From assembly GCA_965243025.1 (NCBI GenBank), contig CBDETY010000003.1, positions 256,001 through 320,000 of the forward strand: a stretch of DNA of 64,000 nucleotides, read 5' to 3'. The notes beneath the pieces are model-generated. The model made no database searches, was not told the origin of the DNA, and was given only the letters and a program-made list of their open reading frames with translations. This document shows, piece by piece, positions 9,205 to 18,282 of this stretch. Positions within the stretch are counted from its first letter, which is position 1, and each line of letters opens with the position of its first letter. Made by a program: the position numbers and the translations under genes. Source of the DNA: Candidatus Latescibacterota bacterium (lineage in GTDB: Bacteria; Latescibacterota; UBA2968; UBA8231).

Positions 9205-11336
9205 GTCCCGGGAATGTACTTGTCGAGGAGGTGTTCGTAGATGGCGACGAAATCGCCGCGTCCGTTGCTGCGGTTGTAGAAGAAGCAGAACGGGTTGGGG
9301 TTGATTTCGAGAATGCTCAGGCCCCCGGGGCCGTCGATGACGTCGATGGCGTAGAACCCGAGCCGGATCACATCGGCGGCGCGCCGGGTGAGCTCGGCCA
9401 TCGCCGCAAGCAGGGGACCTTCCCCGACCCTGACGGCGCGCCCGCTGGCGTGGTGCAGGGGGTTGAGGCCGCCCCCGCCGATCTCGTCGCTGGTCTTCTC
9501 GTAGGCGAGCAGCAGTTCCGCTTCGCTGGCGACGATGCGGTACTCCGCTCCTTCGACGAAGGCCTGGACCAGCAGGGTGTTTTCGAGAAAACCCCCGCCG
9601 GTGAACAGGTTCTCCAGGCGCCTCGAAGCCCCCTCCCGGCAGCGTTCCAGGTAGACTCCCTGGGAGACCGAGGCCCGCGGCTTCTTGATGAGCAGCGGAT
9701 ACGGAATGCGTTGTTCGATGTCGTCGAGCATTTCCTCGACGCTGGCGTGGGTCTGGTAGCGGTGAAAGCGGTCGTCGGCGTACGGGTTGAACACCTGCAT
9801 CGAGCAGGGGACCGGCAGTCCTGCGGCGGCGAAGAGCTCGTGCTGGTAGCCCTTGTCCCCGGCCAGCCTGGCGGCGGCATAGTCGTTGAACGGGTGGCGG
9901 TTGCGCAGGAAGTAGAACGGCCTCCCCGCCTCGTTTACCCGCAGGAGGTTGCCGTTGCCCGAAACCCTCTCGCACTCGAGCCGGCGCCTCCGGCAGGCGA
10001 TTTCGACGCACTCGAGGCTTTCCAGGGCGACCTCTTCGGTGATCCCCTCGGTTTCGCACGGGAGCCGGAAATGCTCGCGCGCCCGCGCCACCAGGGCCAG
10101 CGACCCGGTGACGCAGACCGGAAGCTCGCCGGAAGCGGCGGCCTCGAAGGCACGGGGAAGAGGCTCGACGGTTGACGGGATCCCGGCGGGGAGGTGGCCC
10201 AGCAGGATCTCGGGGGGCCGGGCCCTGGGGTGGCCGGAGGAGGTGGCGATCACCTGTCCCGCAAGAGGCGCCAGACAGTCGAGGATGGCGCCGGCGTCGT
10301 GGCCGCCCCCGACCCCGACGACGAAGCTCCACTTCGGATGCAGGGCGCGAAGGTCATCCGCGAGGCCGGAGGCGGCGGCGCGGTTGTGAGCGCCGTCGAG
10401 CAGGACCAGCGGTTCCCCGTCGCGCTCGACCGCCTCGAAGCGGCCGGGCCACTCGTGCCGGGCGATCGCAGCCTCCGCCTCCGCGGGTACCAGGCGGTTC
10501 CCCAGCAGGAAGGCCGCGGCGGCCAGGGCCAGGCGCGCGTTGGCCGCGTGCGTTCCGGGCCGCAGACCCTGCCCCCGCGGGCAGGCCGGGTACGCCGCCT
10601 CGGGGCCGCAGTCCGACGGGCCGGGGGGAGGGAGCACACCTTCCGGGGCCGCTGTGTAGAGAGGCACTCCCTCGGATTCGCAGTGGCGGCGGATTTTTCC
10701 TGAAACCCCGGCCTCGTGGGAATCGGTGGTGAACAGCGGGCGCCCGGGTCTCGCGATGCAGAGCTTGTCCGCGGCGATCTCCAGGACGTCCTCCCCCAGG
10801 ACGTCGGCGTGGTCGACGGAGATGCTGGTTAGAACCGAGAGCTCGTGGTCCCAGGCGTTGGTGGCGTCGCAGCGCCCCCCGAGGCCGACCTCGAAAAGCC
10901 CGTACTCCACTCCGGCGGCCGAGAACAGGTGGGCGGCGAGCCCGGTAAGCGCCTCGAATTTCGAGAAGCCGCCGAACCCCTCGGCGTCGAAGCCGCGGGT
11001 CGCCTCGTACAGGAAGGTCACCGCGTCGGCCCACTCGTCGGCGCCGAGCAGCTTCCCGTCGACCTGGATGCGTTCCCGCTGGGTGTGCAGGTGGGGGGAG
11101 GTGTAGAGCCCGGTCCTGCCGCCGCCTCGGAGCAGCGCCTCGAGAAGGCTGGCAACCGTGCCCTTGCCGTTGGTCCCCCCGACGATGATCGAGCGGAAGT
11201 CGTTCTGCGGGTTCCCCAGCCGGCGCAGCAGCGCCCTGGTGCGGGGCAGGTAGTGGTGCAGGGGACCGGCAGGAGGGCGCCCCCGCTCCCAGTCGGGCAG
11301 GGTGTCGAGGAATTTCCTGGCTTCCGGGTATTCCAT
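9201..11336 (-). CDS. folC: FolC-like folylpolyglutamate synthase fused to a C-terminal RimK-like ATP-grasp domain
   Basis: N-terminal GTNGKGT, YTSPHL..RERI, FEVGLGGRCDATN, WPGRFE, LDGAHN, VTGSL; C-terminal DKGYQHELF..GLPVP, YPLLIKKP, VQAFVEGAEYRI, AIDVI..ILEINPNP. Confidence 0.85.
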   Translation of the reverse strand: MEYPEARKFLDTLPDWERGRPPAGPLHHYLPRTRALLRRLGNPQNDFRSIIVGGTNGKGTVASLLEALLRGGGRTGLYTSPHLHTQRERIQVDGKLLGADEWADAVTFLYEATRGFDAEGFGGFSKFEALTGLAAHLFSAAGVEYGLFEVGLGGRCDATNAWDHELSVLTSISVDHADVLGEDVLEIAADKLCIARPGRPLFTTDSHEAGVSGKIRRHCESEGVPLYTAAPEGVLPPPGPSDCGPEAAYPACPRGQGLRPGTHAANARLALAAAAFLLGNRLVPAEAEAAIARHEWPGRFEAVERDGEPLVLLDGAHNRAAASGLADDLRALHPKWSFVVGVGGGHDAGAILDCLAPLAGQVIATSSGHPRARPPEILLGHLPAGIPSTVEPLPRAFEAAASGELPVCVTGSLALVARAREHFRLPCETEGITEEVALESLECVEIACRRRRLECERVSGNGNLLRVNEAGRPFYFLRNRHPFNDYAAARLAGDKGYQHELFAAAGLPVPCSMQVFNPYADDRFHRYQTHASVEEMLDDIEQRIPYPLLIKKPRASVSQGVYLERCREGASRRLENLFTGGGFLENTLLVQAFVEGAEYRIVASEAELLLAYEKTSDEIGGGGLNPLHHASGRAVRVGEGPLLAAMAELTRRAADVIRLGFYAIDVIDGPGGLSILEINPNPFCFFYNRSNGRGDFVAIYEHLLDKYIPGT

Positions 11337-11409
11337 CTTCTGTCAGGTCAGCGGACGTAAATCGCCGCCCGGGGGGCTGTCGTCATGGCGCCCCGGAATT
11401 TCGGGGCAA

Positions 11410-11766
11410 GGTATTTCGAGGCACGGTATTTCGAGGCGCGTCACACACTGTTAGTCACAACGCCTTCCCAGAGCGCCGACCTCATCCGGAATCCCTGGCC
11501 CTTCGCCGCAGGCGAACGGTATTTCGAGGCGCGTCACACACTGTTTATCACAACGCCTCACAGAGCGCCGCCCTCATCCGGAATCCGTGGCCGTTCGCCG
11601 TCAGGCGAACGGTATTGGGAGGCGCGTCACACACTGTATATCCCAACCCCTCACAGAGCGCCGCCCTCATCCGGAACCCCTGGCCGTTCGCCGCAGGCGA
11701 ACGGTACTTCGAGGCGCGTCACACACTGTTAAATCACAACGCCTTCCCAGAGCGCCGCCGTCATCC
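11410..11766. repeat. Tandem repeat of about 3.7 copies of a 92-93 bp unit with an internal hairpin
   Basis: Units start at 11423, 11516, 11609 and 11701; invariant core GAGGCGCGTCACACACTGT; (CCG)TTCGCC-loop-GGCGAA(CGG) hairpin at each junction; extra GGTATTTCGAGGC at 11410. Confidence 0.93.
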
Positions 11767-12804
11767 ACCCCGGGTGTGCATCTCGCGATGCGGGTCGACC
11801 TTCAATTCCTCGACGTGATAGAGCGCTCCCCGCGTCGGCTCGTTCAGCCGCTCCTCGGCGCCGCGGTCCCTGCGGCCCTCCCAGACGCGGCGGATCTGCG
11901 CGACCAGATCCCGGTGCGTGAGCCCGTCCCGCAGCCACTCGCGCAGATTGTACCCCTCGTTGGCGTACAGGCAGAGGTACCACATTCCGTCGGCGGTGAC
12001 GCGGCTGCGGTCGCAAGTGGCGCAGAACGGCTCGGTGGTGGAGGCGATGATGCCGAAACAGGTGCCGTCGGGAAGGTGAAAGCGCTCCGCCGGGGCCGCC
12101 CCCCGGCCCGGAACCTCCGCGATGGCGCCGTAGTGCCCCTCCAGGCGCGCGAGGATGTCCGCCTTGGAGAAGACCCGCTCCATCGACCAGAGGGTGGCCC
12201 CGCCGACGTCCATGTACTCGATGAAGCGGACCTCGGCCCCGACCTGCCTGCCGAACTCGATCAGGTCGACGACCTCGTCGTCGTTGAACCCCCGCATGAT
12301 GACGGTGTTGATCTTGATGTCGGAGAAGGCGACGCGGGCGGCCTCGCGGATGCCGGTGAGAACGCGGTCCAGGACTACCCGCCGGGTCAGGGTTTCGAAG
12401 CGGGCGGGATTGAGGGTGTCGAGACTCACCGTTACCCGGCTGAGCCCGGCGTCGTGCAGGGGTTCGGCCCATTTGGCCAGCTGCGTCGCGTTCGTCGTCA
12501 TCGCCAGGTCCTCGACCCCGGGGCGCCGTGCCAGGCGCGCGACGAGGTCGACGAGGCCTCCGCGCAGCAGCGGCTCCCCGCCGGTCAGGCGCACCTTGCG
12601 CACCCCGAGCTCTCCGAAGGCGTCGACGGTTCGCTCGATCTCGTCGAAGGAGAGGATGTCCTCCTTCGGCAGCCAGGTGTAATCCTCCTCCGGCATGCAG
12701 TAGGCGCAGCGCAGGTCGCAGCGGTCGATGACGGAGAGGCGGAGACTTTCGAGGGGGCGGCCGAAGAGATCGTGCGCAGGGCCGGGGTTGGTGTTTGGGC
12801 TCAT
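11761..12804 (-). CDS. moaA: GTP 3',8-cyclase (molybdopterin biosynthesis radical SAM enzyme)
   Basis: LRLSVIDRCDLRCAYC, RLTGGEPLL, RFIEYMD, FCATCDRSR..LCL, C-terminal GG. Confidence 0.96.
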   Translation of the reverse strand: MSPNTNPGPAHDLFGRPLESLRLSVIDRCDLRCAYCMPEEDYTWLPKEDILSFDEIERTVDAFGELGVRKVRLTGGEPLLRGGLVDLVARLARRPGVEDLAMTTNATQLAKWAEPLHDAGLSRVTVSLDTLNPARFETLTRRVVLDRVLTGIREAARVAFSDIKINTVIMRGFNDDEVVDLIEFGRQVGAEVRFIEYMDVGGATLWSMERVFSKADILARLEGHYGAIAEVPGRGAAPAERFHLPDGTCFGIIASTTEPFCATCDRSRVTADGMWYLCLYANEGYNLREWLRDGLTHRDLVAQIRRVWEGRRDRGAEERLNEPTRGALYHVEELKVDPHREMHTRGG

Positions 12805-12966
12805 GCGGTAGAAACGGGATGATCAGAGGTGCGAGATCGACGCGCCGCGAACCGTGGAGGGACCGCGTCGAAGGGGTGGTTGATCCGGCTGGCGATTCAT
12901 CGGTCCGCGGCCTTCCACAAGCCTGTCGAAAGGACCATTCGGGCTGCTAAGTCGAGAAAGGACAGG

Positions 12967-12994
12967 AATATACGGACTGCCACCGGGCCGGCAA
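12967..12994 (-). promoter_or_regulatory. Putative sigma70 promoter for moaA
   Basis: Minus strand TTGCCG-N16-TATATT; an AT-rich hexamer in a GC-rich background. Confidence 0.5.
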
Positions 12995-12999
12995 TCCGG

Positions 13000-13028
13000 T
13001 TGCGACCCCACCCTGCGGGGGGCATATT
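13000..13028 (+). promoter_or_regulatory. Putative sigma70 promoter for the coxD/coxE-like pair
   Basis: TTGCGA-N17-CATATT, back-to-back with the moaA promoter candidate. Confidence 0.5.
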
Positions 13029-13130
13029 AAGGGCCCGCCGAGGCGCGGCATGGCTGGCCAGACCCGGCCACGGCGGTTCCGCCTCGACGATCTCCATCCA
13101 TCCCGGTTCAGTCACCCCTCCAGAAAGCCG

Positions 13131-14084
13131 ATGGCGAACCCCGAAACCGAACGCCTCGAGAAGATGCTGCGCGAGCAGCAGTACGTCGCCGATCCGGCCA
13201 TCGCCATGTCCCTGCACCTGGCGCGGACCCTGAACAAGCCGCTCCTCGTGGAGGGGCCGGCGGGGGTCGGCAAGACCGAGATCGCCAAGGTGATGGCGCG
13301 CGCTCTCGATACCGACCTGATCCGCCTGCAGTGCTACGAGGGCCTCGACACCAGCACCGCCCTGTACGAGTGGAACTACCAGCGCCAGCTCCTCCAGATC
13401 CGCCTCGAAGAGGGGGGAGAGCGCACCCTCGACGAGCGCCAGTCCCACATCTTCAGCGAGGCGTTCCTGCTAAAGCGGCCGCTGCTCGAGGCGATCACCC
13501 ACCACCGGCCCCCGGTTCTGCTGATCGACGAGCTCGACCGCGCCGACGAGGAGTTCGAGTCGTTCCTGCTCGAGGTGCTGTCCGACTGGCAGATCTCGAT
13601 CCCGGAGGTCGGAACCATCGCCGCGACCCACGTCCCCCACGTCGTCATCACCTCCAACCGCACCCGCGAGCTCTCCGACGCCATTCGCCGGCGCTGCCTC
13701 TACCTGTGGATCGACTACCCGGAATTCGACAAGGAGCTGGCGATCGTGCGCGGCAAGGTCGACGGCCTCGACGCGCAGCTCGCCGACCAGATCTGCCGCT
13801 TCATGGCGCTGGTGCGGCGGCAGAAGCTCGAGAAGGTGCCCGGCGTCGCCGAGACCCTGGACTGGGCAAAGGCGCTGGTCGCCCTGCACCGCAACCACCT
13901 CGATCCCGGGATCGTCGAGGAGACGCTCGGGGTGGTGTTCAAGGACTGGACCGACGTGCGCCAGATGCAGAAGTCCCTGCCCGAGTTCCTCGAGGAGCTC
14001 GGCATCCGCGCCAAGGCCCCGCCCGGAACCGGGCAGGCCCCGGAAGCGGGACAGCCCGCGGAGAGGACCGCCGGTGGCGGATAG
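13131..14084 (+). CDS. MoxR family AAA+ ATPase (CoxD-like)
   Basis: LLVEGPAGVGKT, LIRLQCYEGLD, LYEWNY, LLIDELDRADEEFE, TSNRTRELSDAIRRRC, PGVAETLDW. Confidence 0.93.
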   Translation: MANPETERLEKMLREQQYVADPAIAMSLHLARTLNKPLLVEGPAGVGKTEIAKVMARALDTDLIRLQCYEGLDTSTALYEWNYQRQLLQIRLEEGGERTLDERQSHIFSEAFLLKRPLLEAITHHRPPVLLIDELDRADEEFESFLLEVLSDWQISIPEVGTIAATHVPHVVITSNRTRELSDAIRRRCLYLWIDYPEFDKELAIVRGKVDGLDAQLADQICRFMALVRRQKLEKVPGVAETLDWAKALVALHRNHLDPGIVEETLGVVFKDWTDVRQMQKSLPEFLEELGIRAKAPPGTGQAPEAGQPAERTAGGG

Positions 14085-15462
14085 TCCGTCCAACGGCCGC
14101 GGACCGGCCGGACCGGAGGACCTCGCCCTGCGCGGGGAGCTGAGCGCCAACGTCGTCGGCTTCTGTCGGCTGCTGCGCCGCGAGGGTGCCGGCCCGGGGG
14201 CGGCGGAGGCCGCCGAGGCCCTGCTCGCCCTGGAGCGGGTCGATCTGGGCACCGGACGGCATTTCTACGAAGCGCTAAGGACCTGTCTCGCCAAGAGCCG
14301 CCGGGAGCAGGAGATCTTCGACTCGGTTTTCGACTCCTACTGGAAGGTCTGGGACCGCGCCGGCGAGCTTCTGCGCGGGCAGGGAGAGAATCGGGAAGAG
14401 GAGGAAGAGGAGAACAGGGAGATCCGCAATCCCTGCGGCCCGGAGCAGCAGCCGGCGCTGAAAGCGGTAACCGCCTGGCTCAAGGGAGAGAAGAAGACCG
14501 GCGACGAGGAGCCGGCCCCGGGATACAGCCCGTTCGAGGTGATGGCCCGGCGCGACTTCGCCGGCTTCCGCGCCGACGAGCTGGACGAGATCGGCCGCCT
14601 GGTGGCGCTGATCGCCAGGATCCTCGCGAGGCGCTTCAACCGCCGCTACCGCGACAGCTCCCGCCGCGGCCGCCTCGACCTGCGGCGCACCCTCAGGCGC
14701 AATCTTCGCCGCGGCGGCGAGCTCGTCGATCTCAGCTTCCGGCAGCGGCGCCGCCGGCGCCTGAAGCTGGTGCTTCTGTGCGACGTCAGCCGCTCGATGG
14801 ACCTCTACAGCAGCTTTCTCATCCAGTTCGTCTACGCCTTCCAGCTCGCCTGCCGACGCGTCGAGACCTTCGTCTTCAGCACCTCCATGAGACGGGTCAC
14901 CGACACTTTGGCCAACGAGGATCTCGACGAGGTGCTGGCCGCCCTGTCCCGGCAGGTTCCGCAGTGGTCGGGGGGAACCCGCATCGGCGCCTCCCTGCGG
15001 ACGTTCCTCGACGGCTTCGGCGACGCCCTGCTCGACCACCAGACCGCCGTCATCCTGCTGAGCGACGGCTGGGACACCGGCGACATCGACCTGTTGCGCG
15101 ACGCCATGCGGGAGATCCACCGCCGCTCGCTGGCGGTGATCTGGCTCAACCCGCTGCTCGGCTCCGAGGAGTACCGCCCCGACACCCGGGGCATGCGCGC
15201 CGCCCTGCCGCACGTCGACCTGTTCGCCCCGGCTCACAACGCCGCCAGCCTCAAGGAGCTCGCCTCCATCCTCGGGCGCGTACAGCGCCGCGACATCCCC
15301 GCCCGCTTCGGGTTTCACCAGCGCGAGGAGGTGGAGGAAGCCGGACCGGCGGTGGCGCCGGAAGAGGACACGCCGCGGCCCAGCTCGGCAGCAAACCTCG
15401 AGCGGCTGGGCCGCGAGATGCGGGAGAAGCGGCAGGCCCGCAAGGATCAGGGGCGGGCCTGA
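14074..15462 (+). CDS. VWA-domain protein (CoxE-like)
   Basis: LDLRRTLRRN, LLCDVSRSM (MIDAS), WSGGTRIG, LSDGWDTG, WLNPL; overlaps the AAA gene stop. Confidence 0.92.
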   Translation: MADSPSNGRGPAGPEDLALRGELSANVVGFCRLLRREGAGPGAAEAAEALLALERVDLGTGRHFYEALRTCLAKSRREQEIFDSVFDSYWKVWDRAGELLRGQGENREEEEEENREIRNPCGPEQQPALKAVTAWLKGEKKTGDEEPAPGYSPFEVMARRDFAGFRADELDEIGRLVALIARILARRFNRRYRDSSRRGRLDLRRTLRRNLRRGGELVDLSFRQRRRRRLKLVLLCDVSRSMDLYSSFLIQFVYAFQLACRRVETFVFSTSMRRVTDTLANEDLDEVLAALSRQVPQWSGGTRIGASLRTFLDGFGDALLDHQTAVILLSDGWDTGDIDLLRDAMREIHRRSLAVIWLNPLLGSEEYRPDTRGMRAALPHVDLFAPAHNAASLKELASILGRVQRRDIPARFGFHQREEVEEAGPAVAPEEDTPRPSSAANLERLGREMREKRQARKDQGRA

Positions 15463-15575
15463 GCGGGGTTGCTGCCGGTACCACCGGACCTCGCACAACC
15501 AAAGCCCGGACCACTCAAAAACCGGAGAAGGCCGGCTTCACCCGACGCCCGGTCTTCGTGCGGTTCCCATCCCGT

Positions 15576-17972
15576 TCACATGCGCAGCCAGTAGTTGACC
15601 TTGGCGAGCCAGATGTTGTCCCCGTCGTCGGTGAAACTGGATGCCAGGTCGCCCGCCCCCAGGCGGGGGTGGTCGTCGAAGGCGCTGCGCGACTGCGCCC
15701 AGACGAGGAACAGCGTGCTCCCGGGGGCGTACTCCCAGCGGAATACCAGGTTGCTGCGCAGCGAGCGTCTCCTGAAGTCGGGATTGGACCCGTACTCCCC
15801 GTATGGGGAGAAGCCGTAGGATTTCGGGGCGATCAGCTCCTTGATGGCGCCGTAATCCCCGGCGGCGGCGAACGGCTGCATGTACAGCTGCAGGCTGACG
15901 TCGGGCGAGAACAGCAGGTCGAAGCGGGTGGTCCACTCGAGCACCCTGCTTTCGAGCTCGCCGTAGATGAACCGGTCCGGCGCACCGTCCCCGTCTTGGT
16001 CGAGGTTGGCCAGCCACTGGCCGTTGTCCTCGTTCCAGCGGAACTCCGGCCCCATGCGGACGCTGAGGCGGTCGCCGGCCCGCCAGCGGAGGTCAACTTC
16101 GAGACTGCGCCAGCGGCTGCCGGCGCTGTTCCCGGCCCAATCGAAGCCCGCCTCGGCGATCAGGGTGCGCTGGTCGTCGGTTTCGACCTGGATCCAGAAG
16201 CTGTTGTCCCGCGGCCGCCGGATCGGCGGTCCGCCGCGGGTCCCGAGATCGTCGAAAACCGGGAAACCGTGCGTATAGCCGAAGCCGAGCCACCAGTAGA
16301 AGGTGGTCTCGAGGAAGGTGTAAGCGTCGATCTCCTTTTCCAGCTCCAGGCCGTCGTAGTTCCAGCGATACCCCCCGTTGAACCCGAGAAACCGGCGCCG
16401 CAGAATGCCTGTCGGCCGGTATCCCTGGAACTCGACCCAGGAGCCGAGCCGGTGGTAATCCGAGCGGCGAATGAACCCGAGGTCGTTCGCCGAGAAGCGG
16501 GGGGAGAATGTCGTATAGCTCAGGCCCCCTTCCAGGGCGCCGCCGCGCTTTCCGAAGTCCGCCTGGAAGGCGGCTCCCTGGCCGTCCTCGCCGGTGCGGC
16601 TCGAGGCGAGCTGGCCGCGCAGCTGCCACCTGTTGTCGCTCCAGTTGAGATTCCAGTCCGCCCCGCCGGCATAGGCATTGCCGCCGCCGGAGCGGTTGAC
16701 CGCGGTGACGATGCCGCCGACGTGGGAGTTCCCCGCCAGCAGGTCCCGCTTCAGGCGCGCCACCCCGTAATGGGTTCGCGGCTCGACCAGGTGGCGGCGG
16801 GAGCCGGATTCTCCGGGGTCCCGCACGCGCGCCTCCTCCCCGGAGGTCAGGGCCTGCAGCAGTCCGAAGGTGGTGCCCCCGGAAGTGCGGCCGGTGACCT
16901 TGGACGCCTCGAGGATGGTCGTGAAGTCGGGCCGGTCGATCTCCTCGGCGCCGGCCGGGATCGGGAACCGGGAGGGGGGGCGGCCGATGCGGCGCGAGTA
17001 GAAGAGGTCGAACGGCGTGTCGAACACCTGCGCGTCCTTGCTGAAGAAGGGCCGCCGCTCCTCGTAGAAGGTCTCGAAGACGCCGAGGTTGAGCACCGCC
17101 GGGTCCGCCTCCACCTGGCCGAAGTCGGGATTCGCGGTGCCGTGGAGGCTGATGTTCGAGGTCAGTCCGTAGCGGACGTCGGCGCCGAGGTTGCCGAGAT
17201 ATCCGCGCCCGTCCGGGTCGACGGATGTCGGCGGCGAGAAGATCGAGCGCCCGACGAGGTGGGGCCGCACCTCGAGGGCGGTTTCCGGGGAGACGTCCCG
17301 GATGCCGCGCAGGTCCCCGAAGCGGGACACGAACCCTTCGTCCTGCACGCCGAGGGGGACCCAGAAAGAGTTCTCCTTCAGGCGCGACGTGTAGCGGTCG
17401 ATCTGCAGGCCCCAGGTCGAGTCGGCCCCGGTGAAGCGGAAGTTGTGGAACGGGATGCGCACCTCCGCGGTCCAGCCCTGTTCGCCGACCCGCGTGTGCG
17501 ATTCGAACACCCCGTCCCAGGTGTAGGTTTCCCGATCGTCGTTGAAATACACCCCGTCGATAACGGTACCGCCGGCGGTGATGAAGAAGGAGTAGGCGGT
17601 CTGGCGGTCGTGGTTGGAGTCGAGGGTGAGGTGAATCCAGTCCGTCTCCTTGATGATCCACTGATCGCGCCTGCCGAGGCGGGTGACGATCTCGTCCGGC
17701 TGCTCGTCGAAGCAGACCGCCCCCATGTACAGGGCCTCGTCGTCGTAGAGGAAGCGGACCTCGGTGCGCTGGGTCGCCGGGAGGCCCTCGTCCGGGAAGC
17801 GCTGGGTGAACGAGTCGATGACCGGGGCGGTCTGCCACGACGGTTCGTCGAGGAACCCGTCGCAGCGGATGGGGTTGTCGGTCCGGACCGCCTCGGCCGT
17901 CGGCACGGAAGCGGGAGCCGCCGCGGCCAGGGCGGCGAGAGTGAACAGGGGGATCAGGAATGCTGGAATCAT
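15576..17972 (-). CDS. Secreted/outer-membrane protein with a CBM9-like N-terminal domain and DUF5916-like region
   Basis: Signal peptide MIPAFLIPLF..; DGFLDEPSW, T.VRFLYDDEALY, WTAEVRIPF, NPDFGQVEAD, E.RPFF, LFYSRRIG, NLVFRWEY.PGS, C-terminal KVNYWLRM. Confidence 0.85.
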   Translation of the reverse strand: MIPAFLIPLFTLAALAAAAPASVPTAEAVRTDNPIRCDGFLDEPSWQTAPVIDSFTQRFPDEGLPATQRTEVRFLYDDEALYMGAVCFDEQPDEIVTRLGRRDQWIIKETDWIHLTLDSNHDRQTAYSFFITAGGTVIDGVYFNDDRETYTWDGVFESHTRVGEQGWTAEVRIPFHNFRFTGADSTWGLQIDRYTSRLKENSFWVPLGVQDEGFVSRFGDLRGIRDVSPETALEVRPHLVGRSIFSPPTSVDPDGRGYLGNLGADVRYGLTSNISLHGTANPDFGQVEADPAVLNLGVFETFYEERRPFFSKDAQVFDTPFDLFYSRRIGRPPSRFPIPAGAEEIDRPDFTTILEASKVTGRTSGGTTFGLLQALTSGEEARVRDPGESGSRRHLVEPRTHYGVARLKRDLLAGNSHVGGIVTAVNRSGGGNAYAGGADWNLNWSDNRWQLRGQLASSRTGEDGQGAAFQADFGKRGGALEGGLSYTTFSPRFSANDLGFIRRSDYHRLGSWVEFQGYRPTGILRRRFLGFNGGYRWNYDGLELEKEIDAYTFLETTFYWWLGFGYTHGFPVFDDLGTRGGPPIRRPRDNSFWIQVETDDQRTLIAEAGFDWAGNSAGSRWRSLEVDLRWRAGDRLSVRMGPEFRWNEDNGQWLANLDQDGDGAPDRFIYGELESRVLEWTTRFDLLFSPDVSLQLYMQPFAAAGDYGAIKELIAPKSYGFSPYGEYGSNPDFRRRSLRSNLVFRWEYAPGSTLFLVWAQSRSAFDDHPRLGAGDLASSFTDDGDNIWLAKVNYWLRM

Positions 17973-18282
17973 CGCATGCTCGCAGGTGGAAGTGGAATGA
18001 ATCCACGCTACGGGGGGTAGTGGAACAGTGTCAAAAAACCTGGGCGGGGTGTGCCGCGCATCCCTGGTTCGGGGACCGGAACCGCTGCACCGATCGCGGA
18101 TGGGACATCGGAAAGTTCGGGCCACTCCCCCCGGTTTTTCGTATATCCTAGCGCGCGGACCGTGCGTCGCGAGGGCAGGGGGAGACCGTTCGGGACGATT
18201 TCGCGTTTTCCGGGGACCCTGTCGTCAGGATCAACCGTTGCGGTCACGCAGTCCCCGGGGACCCGAATATGAAAGAGGACCC

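Noticed and set aside
9201-11336. Cyanophycin synthetase
   Set aside because: Domain order is reversed, FolC-specific motifs are present (TSPHL, EVGLGGR.DATN), and there is no cyanophycinase neighbour
11385-11732. 115-aa repeat protein (RYFEARHTL repeats)
   Set aside because: It is a translation of the 93-bp (31-codon) DNA repeat; indels shift frame within and between units, and it lies opposite the flanking genes
11410-11766. CRISPR array
   Set aside because: Sequences between the conserved cores are near-identical rather than unique spacers, the period is ~93 bp, and no cas genes are in the window
12805-12966. Moco riboswitch upstream of moaA
   Set aside because: I could not find the conserved Moco RNA elements by eye; an Infernal scan would be needed to exclude it fully
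13131-15462. CO dehydrogenase operon
   Set aside because: Only the accessory AAA+/VWA genes are present; no coxL/M/S
14778-18020. Long antisense ORFs (also 24844-28611, 34233-38069, 41913-45017, 54092-57325)
   Set aside because: Mirror frames of well-supported genes; stop-codon scarcity is expected from GC-rich codon usage; no recognisable motifs
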